The position numbers and the translations under genes are program-made. This document shows, in pieces, positions 48,401 to 61,895 of a stretch of DNA of 64,000 bases. This stretch comes from Glycera tridactyla. Lineage: Eukaryota. The notes under the pieces were generated by a model that saw only the letters and a list, made by a program, of their open reading frames with translations, had not been told where the DNA came from and did no database searches. The stretch's first letter is position 1, and the number at the start of each line of letters is the position of its first letter. Where the stretch lies: contig OZ286463.1 of the NCBI GenBank assembly GCA_965644265.1, positions 81,902,001 to 81,966,000 on the forward strand. The letters run 5' to 3'.

Positions 48401-50574
48401 TGCGAACCATAATGCTAGCCGTCGTAGTCTTTTGTGAACTACCTGTAGTGACTGACTGACCTAAATGCGCAGTATTCAGGAAGAAAAAGAAATACAGCCG
48501 GGAGAGAGTAGATATGGATTACTTCGAGCATCTCGAAACACTGATGTACGTTATTTCCTTATAGGAATCTGGAAAGTGAAACCTCGAACGATGCGAGATC
48601 TATTGAGGGATAACTCATTTTGATATGACACATTGGGCTGTATGACAACTGTATCTGTTGATTTGATATAATTAGGCTTCTGTTGCGTGAATTGTCTTAC
48701 CAATGCAGTTCCATATGCGTCTCAATATAGCCAGGATGATGCTCCGTGGACGTAAAGTGAAAACCAAATCAACCATCCAGCTGTTTATTTGTCGAATGTG
48801 TGAAGACACATCTGGTAATCAGTTGTGTGAGTTTCCCAGGTGGTTCGTCATGTGACATTGGATTGAGGATGATTTCTAGCAGTTTCTGATGAGTCATGTG
48901 AAGGGAACACATTCCATGATCCATTGACACGGAATGGTCCAAACAGGTCTTTCTCAAGTGCCATAGAACGTCCCACGCAATCACTATATTTTTCTGTCAC
49001 TGAGTTATAATTGACACGAATTAAATAGATTGAGCCCGAACAAATGTCCCATCTGCACTTCTGCTGTGATGAGATCATACACGTCACGACTACATACACG
49101 ACACACCTGCCAACCGGTTAGGGTTCTGTGTGACCTGACAATAAAATTCACATCTACTTCAAATTGTCACTTATATGAGTCACAAATTACATGATTGGTC
49201 TATCAAGCACGATTTATTTTCGTGAGATCTCCCAAGTTATCACCAATAACAACAAATGAAACCAATATTCCCGATTACAAGAGCAATCACACGACTCCTG
49301 TTCGTGGTGATCTACCCAAAGTTATGGAGTGCCTGAATCATTCGGTGTGAGATCCTAAAATCCAGCCTCACAGAAATAGGCAGCAGCCACCTGGGGACAG
49401 CAACGTTGTGTTGTGGACGTATGACTCATCCCGGGCAGCATGCAGGAAGTGCGTATATCAAGAAAGCTTAAGTAAGCAGTGAAACGAATGTTTCGAATTC
49501 AGCAGGAGGGATAGTGGAGGAATGAAGAGTCCGAGACAGGGTGAGATGCAAGAAGTACAACCAGGAGAGAAAGTGTATTCTTAGCCAAATCGCTGTCATA
49601 TATTTTGTGAGTAGGAGGTGATGGTATTGCAATGAAACAAGGAAATAAGGTGAGGGAAACTTTCCACGGAGCATTCATGCAATTACGTTCATCGGAAAAA
49701 AAAATATTCTTCATCATTGAAATGGACGAAGACCATCCCTGGAGATCTTATGCTTCCATGTTGTGGTTTTCAACCTGGACCTCCAGCATGACAAATACAG
49801 CTTGTGCACGAATTGGCGAAATGGTCAGAATAACCCTACGTGGAGCACACTTAACTCCTCACAGAAACACCCAGAGTCCAATGATGACTTACACAAGCTG
49901 CTTCAATAGGAAGCCTGCCTGATTCCATCCTCCGCTCCCTCATACATTTAAGGATACTTTCCTGGTCATGTCTATGAGGGGGGCTGATAAAGATACAGTC
50001 ATGCAAGTCTTTGAAGACGAATAACTTCCGTAGAGAGGCTTTGTGACATCTACACTCGCCTCTACTCTTTACCATGGTCCTACAATGAATGGTGATTCTG
50101 AACATCACGCCGCCTACTTTTATTTGAAAAAAAAATTGCTACAGAAATTGCTGTGCTGTGATCTTTCAACGGGTATCGCACAATTACATTTTGTCTCTCA
50201 ACTCCACCATAATAGAGAGTACTGATCAGAGTAAGCCAAACGATCCTGAGCTAGCACACACATGTTCATTGTCGATCCTAGGAAGAAAGCCAGACAAATC
50301 AAACAAATTGTCGAAATGTATGTTTTCTATGTGAAGCGTCTCTGAGCATTCTACGCTATATAAATCACCAATATTAGGCAGTTTCGCGAATTCTTGCCCA
50401 TCGGGCCTGGTACTGGTGTAAGCATACACAGGTATGCTAGGCGGAAGCTTTGGCCAGTGGATGTACGCCAATAACGAGGGATTTCCGATAAGGCAGGGAG
50501 GAAGGAGAGTGGATACGAGAGACATGGAAGTAGATAGCAGTGTCATAAGAGTAAGGTATCGGGTGCGATGTCCG

Positions 50575-51054
50575 AGCAAGTGGGGCAGTGATTACCGTCG
50601 CCACTAGCGCATACACAATACAGAATATACTGACAAGTAGTGCGCCGAGGTGCTTCTCATCACTGAACCAAGCAAGTGGAGCAGTGATTACCGTCGCCAA
50701 TAGCGCATACACGATACAGAATATACTGACAAGTAGTGCGCCGAGGTGCTTCTCATCACTGAATCAAGCAAGTGGAGCAGTGATTACCGTCGCCAATAGC
50801 GCATACACGATACAGAATATACTGACAAGTAGTGCGCCGAGGTGCTTCTCATCACTGATACAAGCAAGTGGAGCAGTGATTACCGTCGCCAATAGCACAT
50901 ACACGATACAGAATATACTGACAAGTAGTGCGCCGAGGTGCTTCTCATCACTGAATCAAGCAAGTGGAGCAGTGATTACCGTCGCCAATAGCGCATACAC
51001 GATACAGAATATACTGACAAGTAGTGCGCCGAGGTGCTTCTCATCACTGAATCA
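50575..51054 (+). repeat. 96-bp tandem array, 5 near-identical copies
   Basis: AGCAAGTGGAGCAGTGATTACCGTCGCC... at 50575 and every 96 bp after. The + frame is open (VITVANSAYTIQNILTSSAPRCFSSLNQASGA x5). Confidence 0.97.
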
Positions 51055-51690
51055 AGGCTCTACAGAGTCAAAATAAATCCACATCACCCCTAGTATCAAT
51101 CGTCCCAGAACAAGAATGGTTGCAGGATAATCTGAGACGAAATCCCTGATAACTCCTTGCACTTTTGTGATGGCAATATCCGCGCTCGAGGAGCAAAACT
51201 CCGGAATAATATGTCAAGGCCCACGAAAGCATGCACCGTCACAAAGAATCTCAAAACTCAACTTCGTTCTGAGATCAGTATGGATTCTGAGTAGACTCAA
51301 ATAGATTTTCTTGGCCCTTTACACCACAGTTCTCATACTCTACTCATATTATAACCAGACTGTCCCTAAGTCAGCTTCTCATCTTATCTTGGTATTATCT
51401 TTCGTATGTACACTTCGAATATTATTCGCCCCTGATGCATTTCATTTCTATAATTATATACTGTCAGACTCATCTATTCATTTATTTAGTATTGCCCTTC
51501 ATTGCATCTAACTACCTGCTTGTATTCGCTTTGTTTACTGGTTAACTATGTACCAAATGTTACTTAGTTAATTTTGTCTAATCTTGTTTGGCTTTGTGAT
51601 ACTTGTTTGTAGAAGCACGTAATATGACCCCTCGCGGTCCAGTGTAAATATGTCTTCGATCTTTTGCAATAATTCTGTATTCAAATCCGC
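50575..51690 (+). mobile_element. 3' remnant of a LINE related to the 858-2532 element
   Basis: NIRARGAKLRNN...LKTQLR aligns with NFRIRGAYFWN...LKRILR. The 3' UTR motif GTAATATGACC..GGTCCA.TGTAA...GATCTT..GCAATAA matches 2459-2506. Confidence 0.7.
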
Positions 51691-53687
51691 GCACTATTCT
51701 TCATTCACACTTCTGTTGAGATGTATTTGTTTCTCTTTGCTCTTATCGCCAAATGTTCCGAGAAGCATCTCGACGCACTACAATGACACGACGCAGATTT
51801 AGAATCCCTCCAACCCCTCCTCATTCCAAGATTTTATCCCACTCAGGGAGGAGTCCCCCTGATACCAACACGCAAATCATGTATTGCGTGTCATCAATGA
51901 AATGATTGGTATTTCGAAAAGCATTGCCTCACAAAATATGAATCACCTGGTGAAGACATGAGGGGTGAACAGATTCTGAGTTCAGGACGAGAATAGATGA
52001 CTGAAGATTGTTCAGAAAATTGAAAAATGCAATAGGAAGTCCCAGGTGACGAAGCAATAAGTCAGAGAAGAGAAAAAAATTATGGTGAAGGATTCTAATG
52101 ATATACATCACAATAGAATAGAAACATCGAGAGATGCAAGTCGGAGGAAGAAACAATTATATGGACGTATAAATGCATATGATGTCACTCATCAGTCAAA
52201 TATGTAGTACACGGAAATTCAACGGTCAAACGGTTTCCAAAGAAGAAAATCTTCTGAAAATAGTTATCGAGTAAATTGAATAGCATACTCAGCACTGGAT
52301 TTGCAGTAAACTCGACCCGAAACGAACTACTTGATAGTACTCTTAGATGAGATGAATATAGACTGCTCTCAACCAGTGAGAGACGGTCCAATACATCGGC
52401 CTTTGAACTTTGGCAGTATATTTTGAGCCCACAGCTCCGCGAGGGAGACAATTCCTATGATAACATCGCACCATGTTGTGAAGGATGCTCATACCGATCC
52501 TATATCGGAATCGGCACTATGTACAATAAATTGCGGAGAAGGTGGCGCAAATTGGAATTTTATGAATGACCAAAAATATTTGGTATTATTGACGGCCATG
52601 TTGGTCAGTATGCGTCAGAGGAATGTGACCATAACGAGGTAACTTGATCTGTGGATAAACCTTCTATTTATTCCAGTGGTGCGACGACAGTGAATCTAGT
52701 AATGAGAGCGCAAAGACGTGAACCGCCCAAGAATCAGCCGTCTGTATACACTCTGCGGGATCCGTTTCACCTGAGCCAACTACAGCCACTGGTCCCCTAT
52801 ATCTATATAGACACCGACAATGCTTTCAACAGTGGACCAGAGTTGAACTGATTATATGGGCCCGACATGCATGGACATTGTGCAGGGGGTGATGAAACTC
52901 GTGAACAATTCTCATACAATAGATATGAAAAAAGATTTAGCGATGGATCTTCTATGAAGGATGGTTACCTGCAAAGGTGAGAATGCGATCACGCGCAGCC
53001 AAATGAGAAAAATTACCACAAGATAGTGAGTCTCTCCACGGATAGCGATCGAAAGAGCGTCATGATCATGAGGTAGAAGGACTAGTGATGGATCGCAAGT
53101 GGTCTTTTGAAATGCAGGCGCCTGCAACCTGAATATTACAGGGTTTTCATTCAAAACAGTGCCCACTTGGCGCCAAAGTAGGATGTGACTGAATTTACCT
53201 CGTGTGAGGTGTGCAGACAGACAGACAAAGTAGGACAAACCGAGTCGTAGCAACACAAATACACAGGCACCTATAAAAACTTATCATCAGGATGGATATG
53301 CTATAATTCATCATGCAAGCGTGGTACACATTTGGTTACGGCGGTAATAGTCAAAACTTTTGGTAAATCCACTATGTAATCAGGCGATACCGATATTGAT
53401 TGATTGATTGAGTCATCTATTTATCTATTTATTCAATTAATCATTCATATGTCAGGACAGATATCCAAGCCAGGGTTCTGATTGGCATAGGTTCTTATCA
53501 AGCTCATATAGTAATGAAGGGGCTGATCGCAGGACCGACGTCTCATTCCAGTTACACTGCCTATTCAGATGCCACTTTTTGATGCAAAGAGAATGGTTGC
53601 CTTCGTAGAATGGTTTGACCTCAGCGTTGTGAGGGTATTCAATCGTAGATAGTGTGAAATACCGCGTGAGTGAATTACTGACGATTC

Positions 53688-53709
53688 TGAATTGAATTGA
53701 ATTGAATTG
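53688..53709. repeat. (GAATT)n pentamer run
   Basis: GAATTGAATTGAATTGAATTG, the reverse complement of the (TTCAA)n LINE tail motif. Confidence 0.8.
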
Positions 53710-55504
53710 TAAGAGTATCGTGAGGGTGCCATGAAAGCATCACCTATTACGTCATAAGCACGACTAACCAATCATCTTCCACTTGATTGATCATCCATGC
53801 TTCACTATAATCATCTCTCCAATCATTGATATTGATGTACGTTTGTGTTATGATGGTGATGCAATAGGTATCGCAAGGAATATGCTCGTGTCGAATGAAA
53901 ACAGGGCGTTTTGCTCATGATTCATCGCGACAATATTGTCAATTGCATAAAGTGAAAGTGTCATAAGCTTCCAGAAATTTGAATCGTAGAATTGTTCACT
54001 AAATTCGTGTCTTGTTAGAATTGAATAACGGATCGACCGACCCGAGGATTTTATCCACCCACTGACCATACAATTAGTCAATCACAAGTTCTCACGATCA
54101 AACAATCGATTGACTAGCGAAGCAGAGTGGGCCGTATTTTCTCAATATGATCTGCTTATCTCGATACTACACTGCAATGTGTAGGGAATTCTGAAATGGT
54201 GCTCACTCAATTTCGTGAAGTGCCTCATTCNNNNNNNNNNNNNNNNNNNNNNNNNNNNNNNNNNNNNNNNNNNNNNNNNNNNNNNNNNNNNNNNNNNNNN
54301 NNNNNNNNNNNNNNNNNNNNNNNNNNNNNNNNNNNNNNNNNNNNNNNNNNNNNNNNNNNNNNNNNNNNNNNNNNNNNNNNNNNNNNNNNNNNNNNNNNNN
54401 NNNNNNNNNNNNNNNNNNNNNNNNNNNNNNNNNNNNNNNNNNNNNNNNNNNNNNNNNNNNNNNNNNNNNNNNNNNNNNNNNNNNNNNNNNNNNNNNNNNN
54501 NNNNNNNNNNNNNNNNNNNNNNNNNNNNNNNNNNNNNNNNNNNNNNNNNNNNNNNNNNNNNNNNNNNNNNNNNNNNNNNNNNNNNNNNNNNNNNNNNNNN
54601 NNNNNNNNNNNNNNNNNNNNNNNNNNNNNCATATCTGACACGCTATCTGATAGATCAAGTAGACCAGGATAAATGTTTGGATCATGTATACCATATCTTA
54701 TAAGCGTTTCGCGTGATATCAATTACCAGTGTTCTTGTACCCGAGTGATTCTCTCTAATCTTTTTACATCATGACCTTTGAAAGCATACTGAATTTCCCA
54801 TTTATCATCATCCCTTTATATTCTTCCACCAGCGGACCTCGAATTATCTGATCAAGTTTTCATTTGGCCTCAGTTAAAATTGACTTGCAAACCAGATATG
54901 TCATTCGATAGCCAAAAACAGCAACTGACATGCCTGGAATCATTAAAGTTCCTGGAAATGGCTGTCATATGAACTAAGAACAAATAACTACATATAGCTC
55001 ATGACCACGTATTCCAATTTTATCTATTCCAAGAACTGCCACTGTTAGTCCTGAATAGATCACCTTGACAAGTGAAGGATTCATGGTTGGCACGCTTTCT
55101 TTTGTGTTATGTCCGCATTCGACTGAGGAAAATATCCAATCTAGTCCCGAGGAATATGAAGAAATAATAGCTATGGTATAGAGATGGTTGCTACCATAAC
55201 TACGAGAGCAACTGGTGCCATGATTCTATCACGCGAATTCATCATATCATATTGTTTATACTCATTAATACAATACACATCCTCATAGATGGTGAGCGTG
55301 CTTATGCTACGAAATTGGAATATTCATTGGATGAAGATTCGAAATCATCATACTATACATCACTTACAGGAAAGCTCCATGTAATTTGCCCTCCTCCATC
55401 ATTATTAAACACAATAGTCTGACTGGTCCAGAATTCAGGTAAAATGTTTGCTCATCGTTAGAAGATTATTGGTTGGATGAAAATCTCATACAGATAGAAC
55501 AAAA

Positions 55505-57935
55505 CTAGTTTGGAGATGCTTTGGTAACTGGAGATACGAATATCGATCTAATGACTCTAAATGAAAGCAATCAATATCATCAGGTATCAAAAAACAATAA
55601 CCTAACACAACTTATTACAAGACACACCAGGGTTGCAGAATCATCAAAACCAATGATTGATCATTTCAGTGTGAATTGCCCAGAACTCTATCATCAACAT
55701 GGAGTTCTGGAAACCGGTATAACAGACCACAGCATGTTGATTGTTGCCCGTAAAAAAGAATCCAGATCCAGAGCATCAGAATTTGTATTTTTCAAAGACT
55801 TTGCCAAGGCCGATTTTAATATATTTAAAGACAAGATCAGAAATGCAGATTGGACAAATTTCTTCTCCAGCAGAGATGTTGACACCTGTACTGAAATCTT
55901 CCACAAAATTTTAAATGATATTCTAGATGCATGTATTCCGATGAAAAGGCACCGGGTCCGCGAGAACTGGCCTAAATGGCTGACAGGGGAGTATCTCGAC
56001 ATGGTCAAAGACCGAGAAACGGCAAGCAAAAATTTCAACATTAACAATTCGGAAGCAAATAAATTGGTCAAAAAAGAAATAGAAAAGAAATGCAGAAAAC
56101 TAAAACGCCAACTTCAGAGACAGTATATAGAAGAATCACTAGAAGAGCATAGAACTGAACCAAAAGAGCTATGGGAAACCATCCACTCATTCTAGGGCAG
56201 ATCTAAGGGACCGATTGAAATCTTGAAAATAGGTGATTCCACAGACAAAATAGACATTTCTGAACGCTTAAATTCATTTTTTGGAAACATTGGAGATACC
56301 TCAAGTAAAACAATCACCAGTGATGGTGTGGACCCATTAAATGACTTTCCGTATAACCTGAGAGATACATTGAGCCTCGAAATGGTCGATATCACTGACA
56401 TACGAAAAACAATAGGTAGACTATCGCTCTCAGAGGCAGGAAAAGATGACGGCATTAACGCAAAAAAAATCAAAAATTATGCTGAACCCCTATGTCCTAT
56501 CCTATGTCACCTGTACAATGTCAGCATCACGGAAGGAGTCTTTCCTACAATGTGGAAGTCAGCCACAGTTATACTCCTGTTTAAAGAGGGTAGTAGGACA
56601 TGTGAATCAAATTATAGGCCGATTTGTCTTCTATCTACCTTGGCAAGGTTTTGGAAAGATTAACTCATATACAGGTATCACAGTATTTTGAAGGCCATGG
56701 TCTACTGTGTCGGGAGCAATCGGGATTCAGGGAGGGGTGCTCCACTGGAACATGTTTGTTAGAATTTTTTGATAAAATATATCTAAACATAGAAAACAGA
56801 AGTGCCAGTGGAGTCCTCTTCCTGGATCTAAAGAAGGCCTTCGACACCGTGGATCATGGCATTCTGCTTCAAAAACTTTGCCGATATGGTGCAAATCCAC
56901 TGTGTGTGAAATGGTTCGAAAGCTATTTGACCAACAGAACATGTCAAGTAAGGGTGAATGGTGTGACCTCAAGTGAATGTAATATTTCATGTGGAGTCCC
57001 GCAGCGATCCATACTGGGCCCCCTATTGTTCACCATTTATGTAAATGATATATCGCATTACATTGGGGGGGGGGGGGGGGGCTCAGTATGAACCTCTACG
57101 CAGATGGTACTGCCATATTGGTATCAAGTGAGGATCCAAATATATTACAGGCAAAATTGGAGGATGCTCTCAAAATGGTCAGCGTATGGCTCAAGAGAGA
57201 TAAACTGAGTCTGAATATCAAAAAGACTCAAATAATGGCATTTGGCTCAAGACATCAGGTCAAACGATGTAATTTTGACATCAAATTTCAAAATGAACCT
57301 GTGAAGCAAACAAAAAACGTTTAAGTATCTAGGAATCATTCTCGATGAAACCTTCAGCTTCTCTAATCATGCTGAATATATTAGATCCAAAACCATGGGA
57401 AGGGTGGGCGTCCTGGGCAGACTCAGGGACCGTCTCAGCAGAGAAGTGTCCCTGATGTTGTATAGGACGCTCATCCTTCCAATATTTGATTATTGCGATA
57501 TTGTCTACGACAGCCCAAGTATAGTCAATGCAGGTAAACTTTAAAAAGTACAAAATAAAGCTTTTCGTATTATCACAAGGAGTGCCCCATTAACTAGAAC
57601 ATCAGCTGTACACGATATGCTGAAAATGCCATACCTGGACTGTCGTAGACAGTATCATACTCTCACACATGTAAATAATATCTTAGGTGGAAATGTTCAC
57701 CCACAGTATAGGCCACTATTGCACCTATCTACAAGTACCCCATGAATATAATACGAGATCTTTGAATTTGCATTATGTGTCGACAGAACGACCAAGGCTA
57801 AAATTGGCTGAGGGTTCTTTCAAATATCGTGGAAGTATATTGTGGAACTAGTATGTCAGAAATCATGAAGATTTTGGATGTAAGCCACCTAAGGTCTTTA
57901 AAGAACAACTAGAATTCTTCATGCATATTGCCTGA
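55505..57935 (+). mobile_element. Decayed 5'-truncated copy of the same LINE family as 39994-42901
   Basis: VTGDTNID, IDHFSVNCPELYHQHGVLETGITDHS, ENWPKWLTG, KDDG, EQSGFREGCSTG, FLDLKKAFDTVDH, LYADG, with many stops and frameshifts. Confidence 0.92.
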
Positions 57936-58229
57936 GGTTATCAGGCTACTTTATAAGTTATCTTATTATTTTAATTTTTCAACCAATATAACATGAAAAG
58001 GCTAAAACTTTGTTCCACGCCTTGAAATTGTTACCAGTTATGGGTATAAGTGATATAGATAAAGTATTGAAAGACATCAGATCTAGTAAGGAAGCTTTTC
58101 ATCTCTTGTTTCATCTCTTCTTTGCTAGCGGGTCTCTCTCATCATCATCATCATCATCACGTTTATTAGTTCACACCTGAAATCGAATATTTCCATTGTC
58201 AACTTGTTCCTCTCATATTTTTTTTTCTT

Positions 58230-58388
58230 TTTTTCAATGAATCATAATCACTGAGTACAGCAACTGATGTATTTTGTATGATTTGTATTTTTTCGTCGCA
58301 TTGAGAACGCCTCTAATTGGAGGCAGTGTATCTTTGTGTGCAATACAATTTTGACGAAATAAAATAAAGTAATGAACAAACAAACAAA
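58230..58388 (+). mobile_element. Isolated retroposon 3' end (hairpin, AATAAA, (AAAC)n tail)
   Basis: GCCTC-TAATTG-GAGGC stem-loop at ~58309-58324, AATAAAATAAAG, then AACAAACAAACAAA. Confidence 0.5.
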
Positions 58389-58699
58389 GGAGCTAGAAGT
58401 ATTGAACTTGAATTTGAGGGCAGTCCATATGACCAGCAGAGATGATTAATCGAAACCTGCCGTGGTGTTCAAAGCGATGGAATTGGTTAGATTTTGTTTC
58501 GCCTGTGTGAACTAACTCTTCACTGAGACTGGCACTCATCTCGATACAGATCGTGAGTTGGATAGGCTGTGAAAAGACGTATTTCATCAATAGATATTCC
58601 TGAACTGAATTTTGTGACCTGCACAACATTCAAATCCATCCCACTATCTCAGACAGATCGTATTCTTTCATGATCTTTTTGTCGGTCTTTTTGGCTGTC

Positions 58700-60340
58700 G
58701 TCTTTCATGGTGGATCATGCACATCGTCAACAATAGACTGGTACATTCCTGTCGGACTGTTTTGCTGGATATGCAATTCGAGGAATCGGAATCAATCATT
58801 CCTCGCAAAAGCATTTCTATGGAGAGTGATGCCAATTGCCAATGAGCCACCAGTTCGCTCACTATTCAAGAAGTTCCCGTGAGAACACAGGTGGTCACTC
58901 GAACATCGTGATTTGTCTTTGCCAGCTAATAATAGCGCTTGTGGACGTCTTATCCCATTCTGAGTGACATCGCAATTAGACCGAAGGTGTTGCAGCTCAA
59001 AGTTGCTGACCAAGAATCCGTTTCACTGAAATGACTATTCCCGTGAGAATATCAATTATATATCCCTATTGTGGTGGTTTCCGTCGTGACTGAGCATGAT
59101 GACACTTGACAGAGTCTGTGAATGGACCCCTGAAGCTGTAGAATGCCTTCCCACGAGGGTTTCTGACGGGCGAAAAGTTTGCTGCGAGTTGGCCGATCAC
59201 ATACAACCATTCCAATACTCCGATATGAATGTTCGCCGGAAAAATGAATGACACAATGGCATACCAAGGCACCGAATGTNNNNNNNNNNNNNNNNNNNNN
59301 NNNNNNNNNNNNNNNNNNNNNNNNNNNNNNNNNNNNNNNNNNNNNNNNNNNNNNNNNNNNNNNNNNNNNNNNNNNNNNNNNNNNNNNNNNNNNNNNNNNN
59401 NNNNNNNNNNNNNNNNNNNNNNNNNNNNNNNNNNNNNNNNNNNNNNNNNNNNNNNNNNNNNNNNNNNNNNNNNNNNNNNNNNNNNCTAACACTTAAAGAA
59501 ACATGCACAAGACCCACAATCGTCATGCGTCACTCCCCACGAAAACATGTAGGGCTTGAACATGCTGCTACCCTCAATAATTTCACAAAGACCGACAATG
59601 AGTAACCAATGAAATGGAAAGGGAAAAAAGGAAAATATGACGAGAAGTAGAACAGAGGATAAAGTAATACGAATTGAAGACGTGGAAGGTTGTGTAGAAC
59701 AGGAAGAAAAAATAATGAAGAAGGAGAGGGAGATGAAAGGGAAGAAGGAGGAGCAGAAGAAGATGGAGGAGAAGAAAGAAAAGAAGAAGAAGAAGAAGAA
59801 GAAGAAGAAAACGAAGAAGAAGAAGAAGAAAAAGAAGAAGAGGAAGAAGAAGGAGGACAGAAAAGCATAAGCAATCCGCTGATTAAACGACCAACTACTT
59901 CGGACAAAAATGGGACGCTTGTGATTACATGCTGCAGGCCTGAATGAAGATGGGATCATTGAAGGATGATGCGATGCTGATATAGGTGATAGTGCAGTGG
60001 ATGCTGAAGGCAGTGACAGTGATGTATGAACTTGAAAAGCAAATGATCATCCTGGGAGGATGCTGAAGGCGAGGGATCACTGTCGGAAGTGGACGACAAG
60101 GCTGTGGCGTCATGGCCTAACATGAATGTGCAAATCTGTAATCGGATATTCTCATCAAAAATGAGCAACTTAATTAACAATGAGATATTGTGTTACAATG
60201 CTAACGACATGTGCCACGTCGGATTACCACAAGCATTCCCTGATGACAATGATGGTAGTCATCTTAGAAATGAGCCTGTGCGTAGGCAGCACATACAACA
60301 TAGAATAATCCCACTTAGTATTGCCAGGTATTGCTGCTTA
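58700..60340 (-). pseudogene. Possible decayed rhodopsin-class GPCR
   Basis: Hydrophobic segments in plausible order: YLAILSGIILCC (TM1-like), ICTFML/AFSIHCTITY (TM3-like), YAIVSFIFPANIHIG (TM5-like), SSNCISSKTVRQECTSLL..C (TM7/helix 8-like). Many stops; interrupted by a purine tract and Ns. Confidence 0.3.
59700..59865. repeat. (GAA/GGA)n purine-rich simple repeat
   Basis: AAGAAGAAG runs; the poly-K, poly-E and poly-F ORFs here are artefacts. Confidence 0.95.
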
Positions 60341-61861
60341 CTAGGCGAGAGCCACCCACGCTAACCCAGAAAGTCATTCGGAGGAGTATTAATCCTCATC
60401 TCTCCAAGATGAGGAAGCATCGATTGAAAAAGTAGATTGCGTGAAAGCCTCCGCTGCTAGTCCATTGGGGGGGCTTATATTCGACTCTCGGGTCGATGAG
60501 GACTAGCAGCGAATGATTTAAATCTTAATGGATTTCTATGTTTACAAACAAAATGTTAATCCTCATACTTGCTGAGACTTTCCATCATTTAAATGTTCAA
60601 AGCAAAATCATAAAAACTCAGGGAAAGTGGTTACGCAATTGACATTCTCGAAAACCTCCTCCTCATAAATACAGCTACATGTAATTTCAGTAAAGATTCT
60701 CATCAATCCATGGGTGAAAATATCGTAATCTCACCTGACATCCAATTTTCAGCATGAATGATAATTTTGACAGTCTGCTTATCAACTTTGTTTTCTGCCA
60801 TCTCCCCCGTTGCAGGTTTTCACCAATATAGCGGGGTCAAGCGGCGACAAACTGCACTTATTGCGTTATTTCTCGAAAGGCCTCTTCAACAGATTTTGAT
60901 AGTATAGTGCCTGAAATTGTTTCGTTTCGGAAATCCTCAAAATTCATCATTCAAAGTTTCATCAACATGTACCCATTGCTGCAAGGCATATCGAATGGTC
61001 AATCTGAAGAGACAGACTGACTAGCTGACAAATTGACGGACTGACTGACTAACTTGTTGGCTGACCGACTGATGGATTCCCTGACTGGCTGACAGACTGA
61101 CTGAGAGACCTACTGATACTGGCTGTGGCCTGAGCAAGATTGCATGCGTAGATGGATGAATTGTCAGGTTGCTTCAAGAAAACATGCGTGGATAAACGAT
61201 GGATTGCTGGTCTGATGGTTATGACAGACCAGTACATGTTCGGGTGGATAGGTGGACAGACAGGCGGACAGATTGACAAACAGACAGACAGAATGAAAAG
61301 ATAGCTCCAAACGAGTAGTTTCCCCTTATTCGTTTTAGTCTGGATTTTGGCTCATTTGGGTGAGTTTATTACTTGACATTCGTGGTTGTGTGACCAGATG
61401 TACCCGTACAAAGTCGCAGAAATAGGACAGAAAACTACAATTCGTTGAGTTTACTGACAAGCAAGGTAGCATATATTTACATTCGATATGAAGGATACTG
61501 GTTGAAAGGCGGCAATATGGTCGCAACCACTGAAGAAATCGCCGTCATTGTACATCACAGGTCGATAGCAATAGAATATTCGACAGGATTGATATGATCC
61601 GATAGTGAGTAATGCACGTGAGACACACAAGTTACTTCGTCAGACAGTCAGGGAGGGCGTCCTAATCAAATACCATGACGTCCCTCTCCATTTCTCTCTT
61701 TCAAAATCCTCTCTCATGAATCCGATATTTCGTAGATATAGTTGCTTGTCATTGCAACGCAGGTTTGTCATGCAGCAAATGAATCAGTTGCAAATATGGG
61801 ACTCTTTTTCCGCATTCTGTGGGGCTTGATGGAATTTGTTCTCGGTGTGAGGGTGATCGAT

Positions 61862-61895
61862 ATGGTTGGTTGGTTGGTTGGTTGGTTGGTTGGGT
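61862..61895. repeat. (GGTT)n microsatellite
   Basis: TGGTTGGTTGGTTGGTTGGTTGGTTGGTTGG. Confidence 0.9.

Larger units (their letters stand above)
49270..53260 (-). pseudogene. Decayed LRR (TLR-ectodomain-like) gene remnant, interrupted by the LINE remnant at 50575-51690
   Basis: Signal-like MLLRLGLSYFVCLSA (53256). LRR-like LFNLLDNYFQKIFFFGNRL, LPIAFFNFLNNLQSSILVLNS, EFAKLPNIGDLY...HIENIHFDNL, IPPAEFETFVSL, YLSFLDI. A CDC motif at ~49290. Motif recognition by eye only. Confidence 0.4.

Noticed and set aside
50575-51076. 162-aa repeat ORF as a real protein, or the array as CRISPR
   Set aside because: No unique spacers and no cas genes, in a eukaryotic context. An open frame in a 96-bp unit is expected by chance or from its LINE origin.
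59486-59959. Poly-F/S/K/E ORFs
   Set aside because: Translations of the purine simple repeat.
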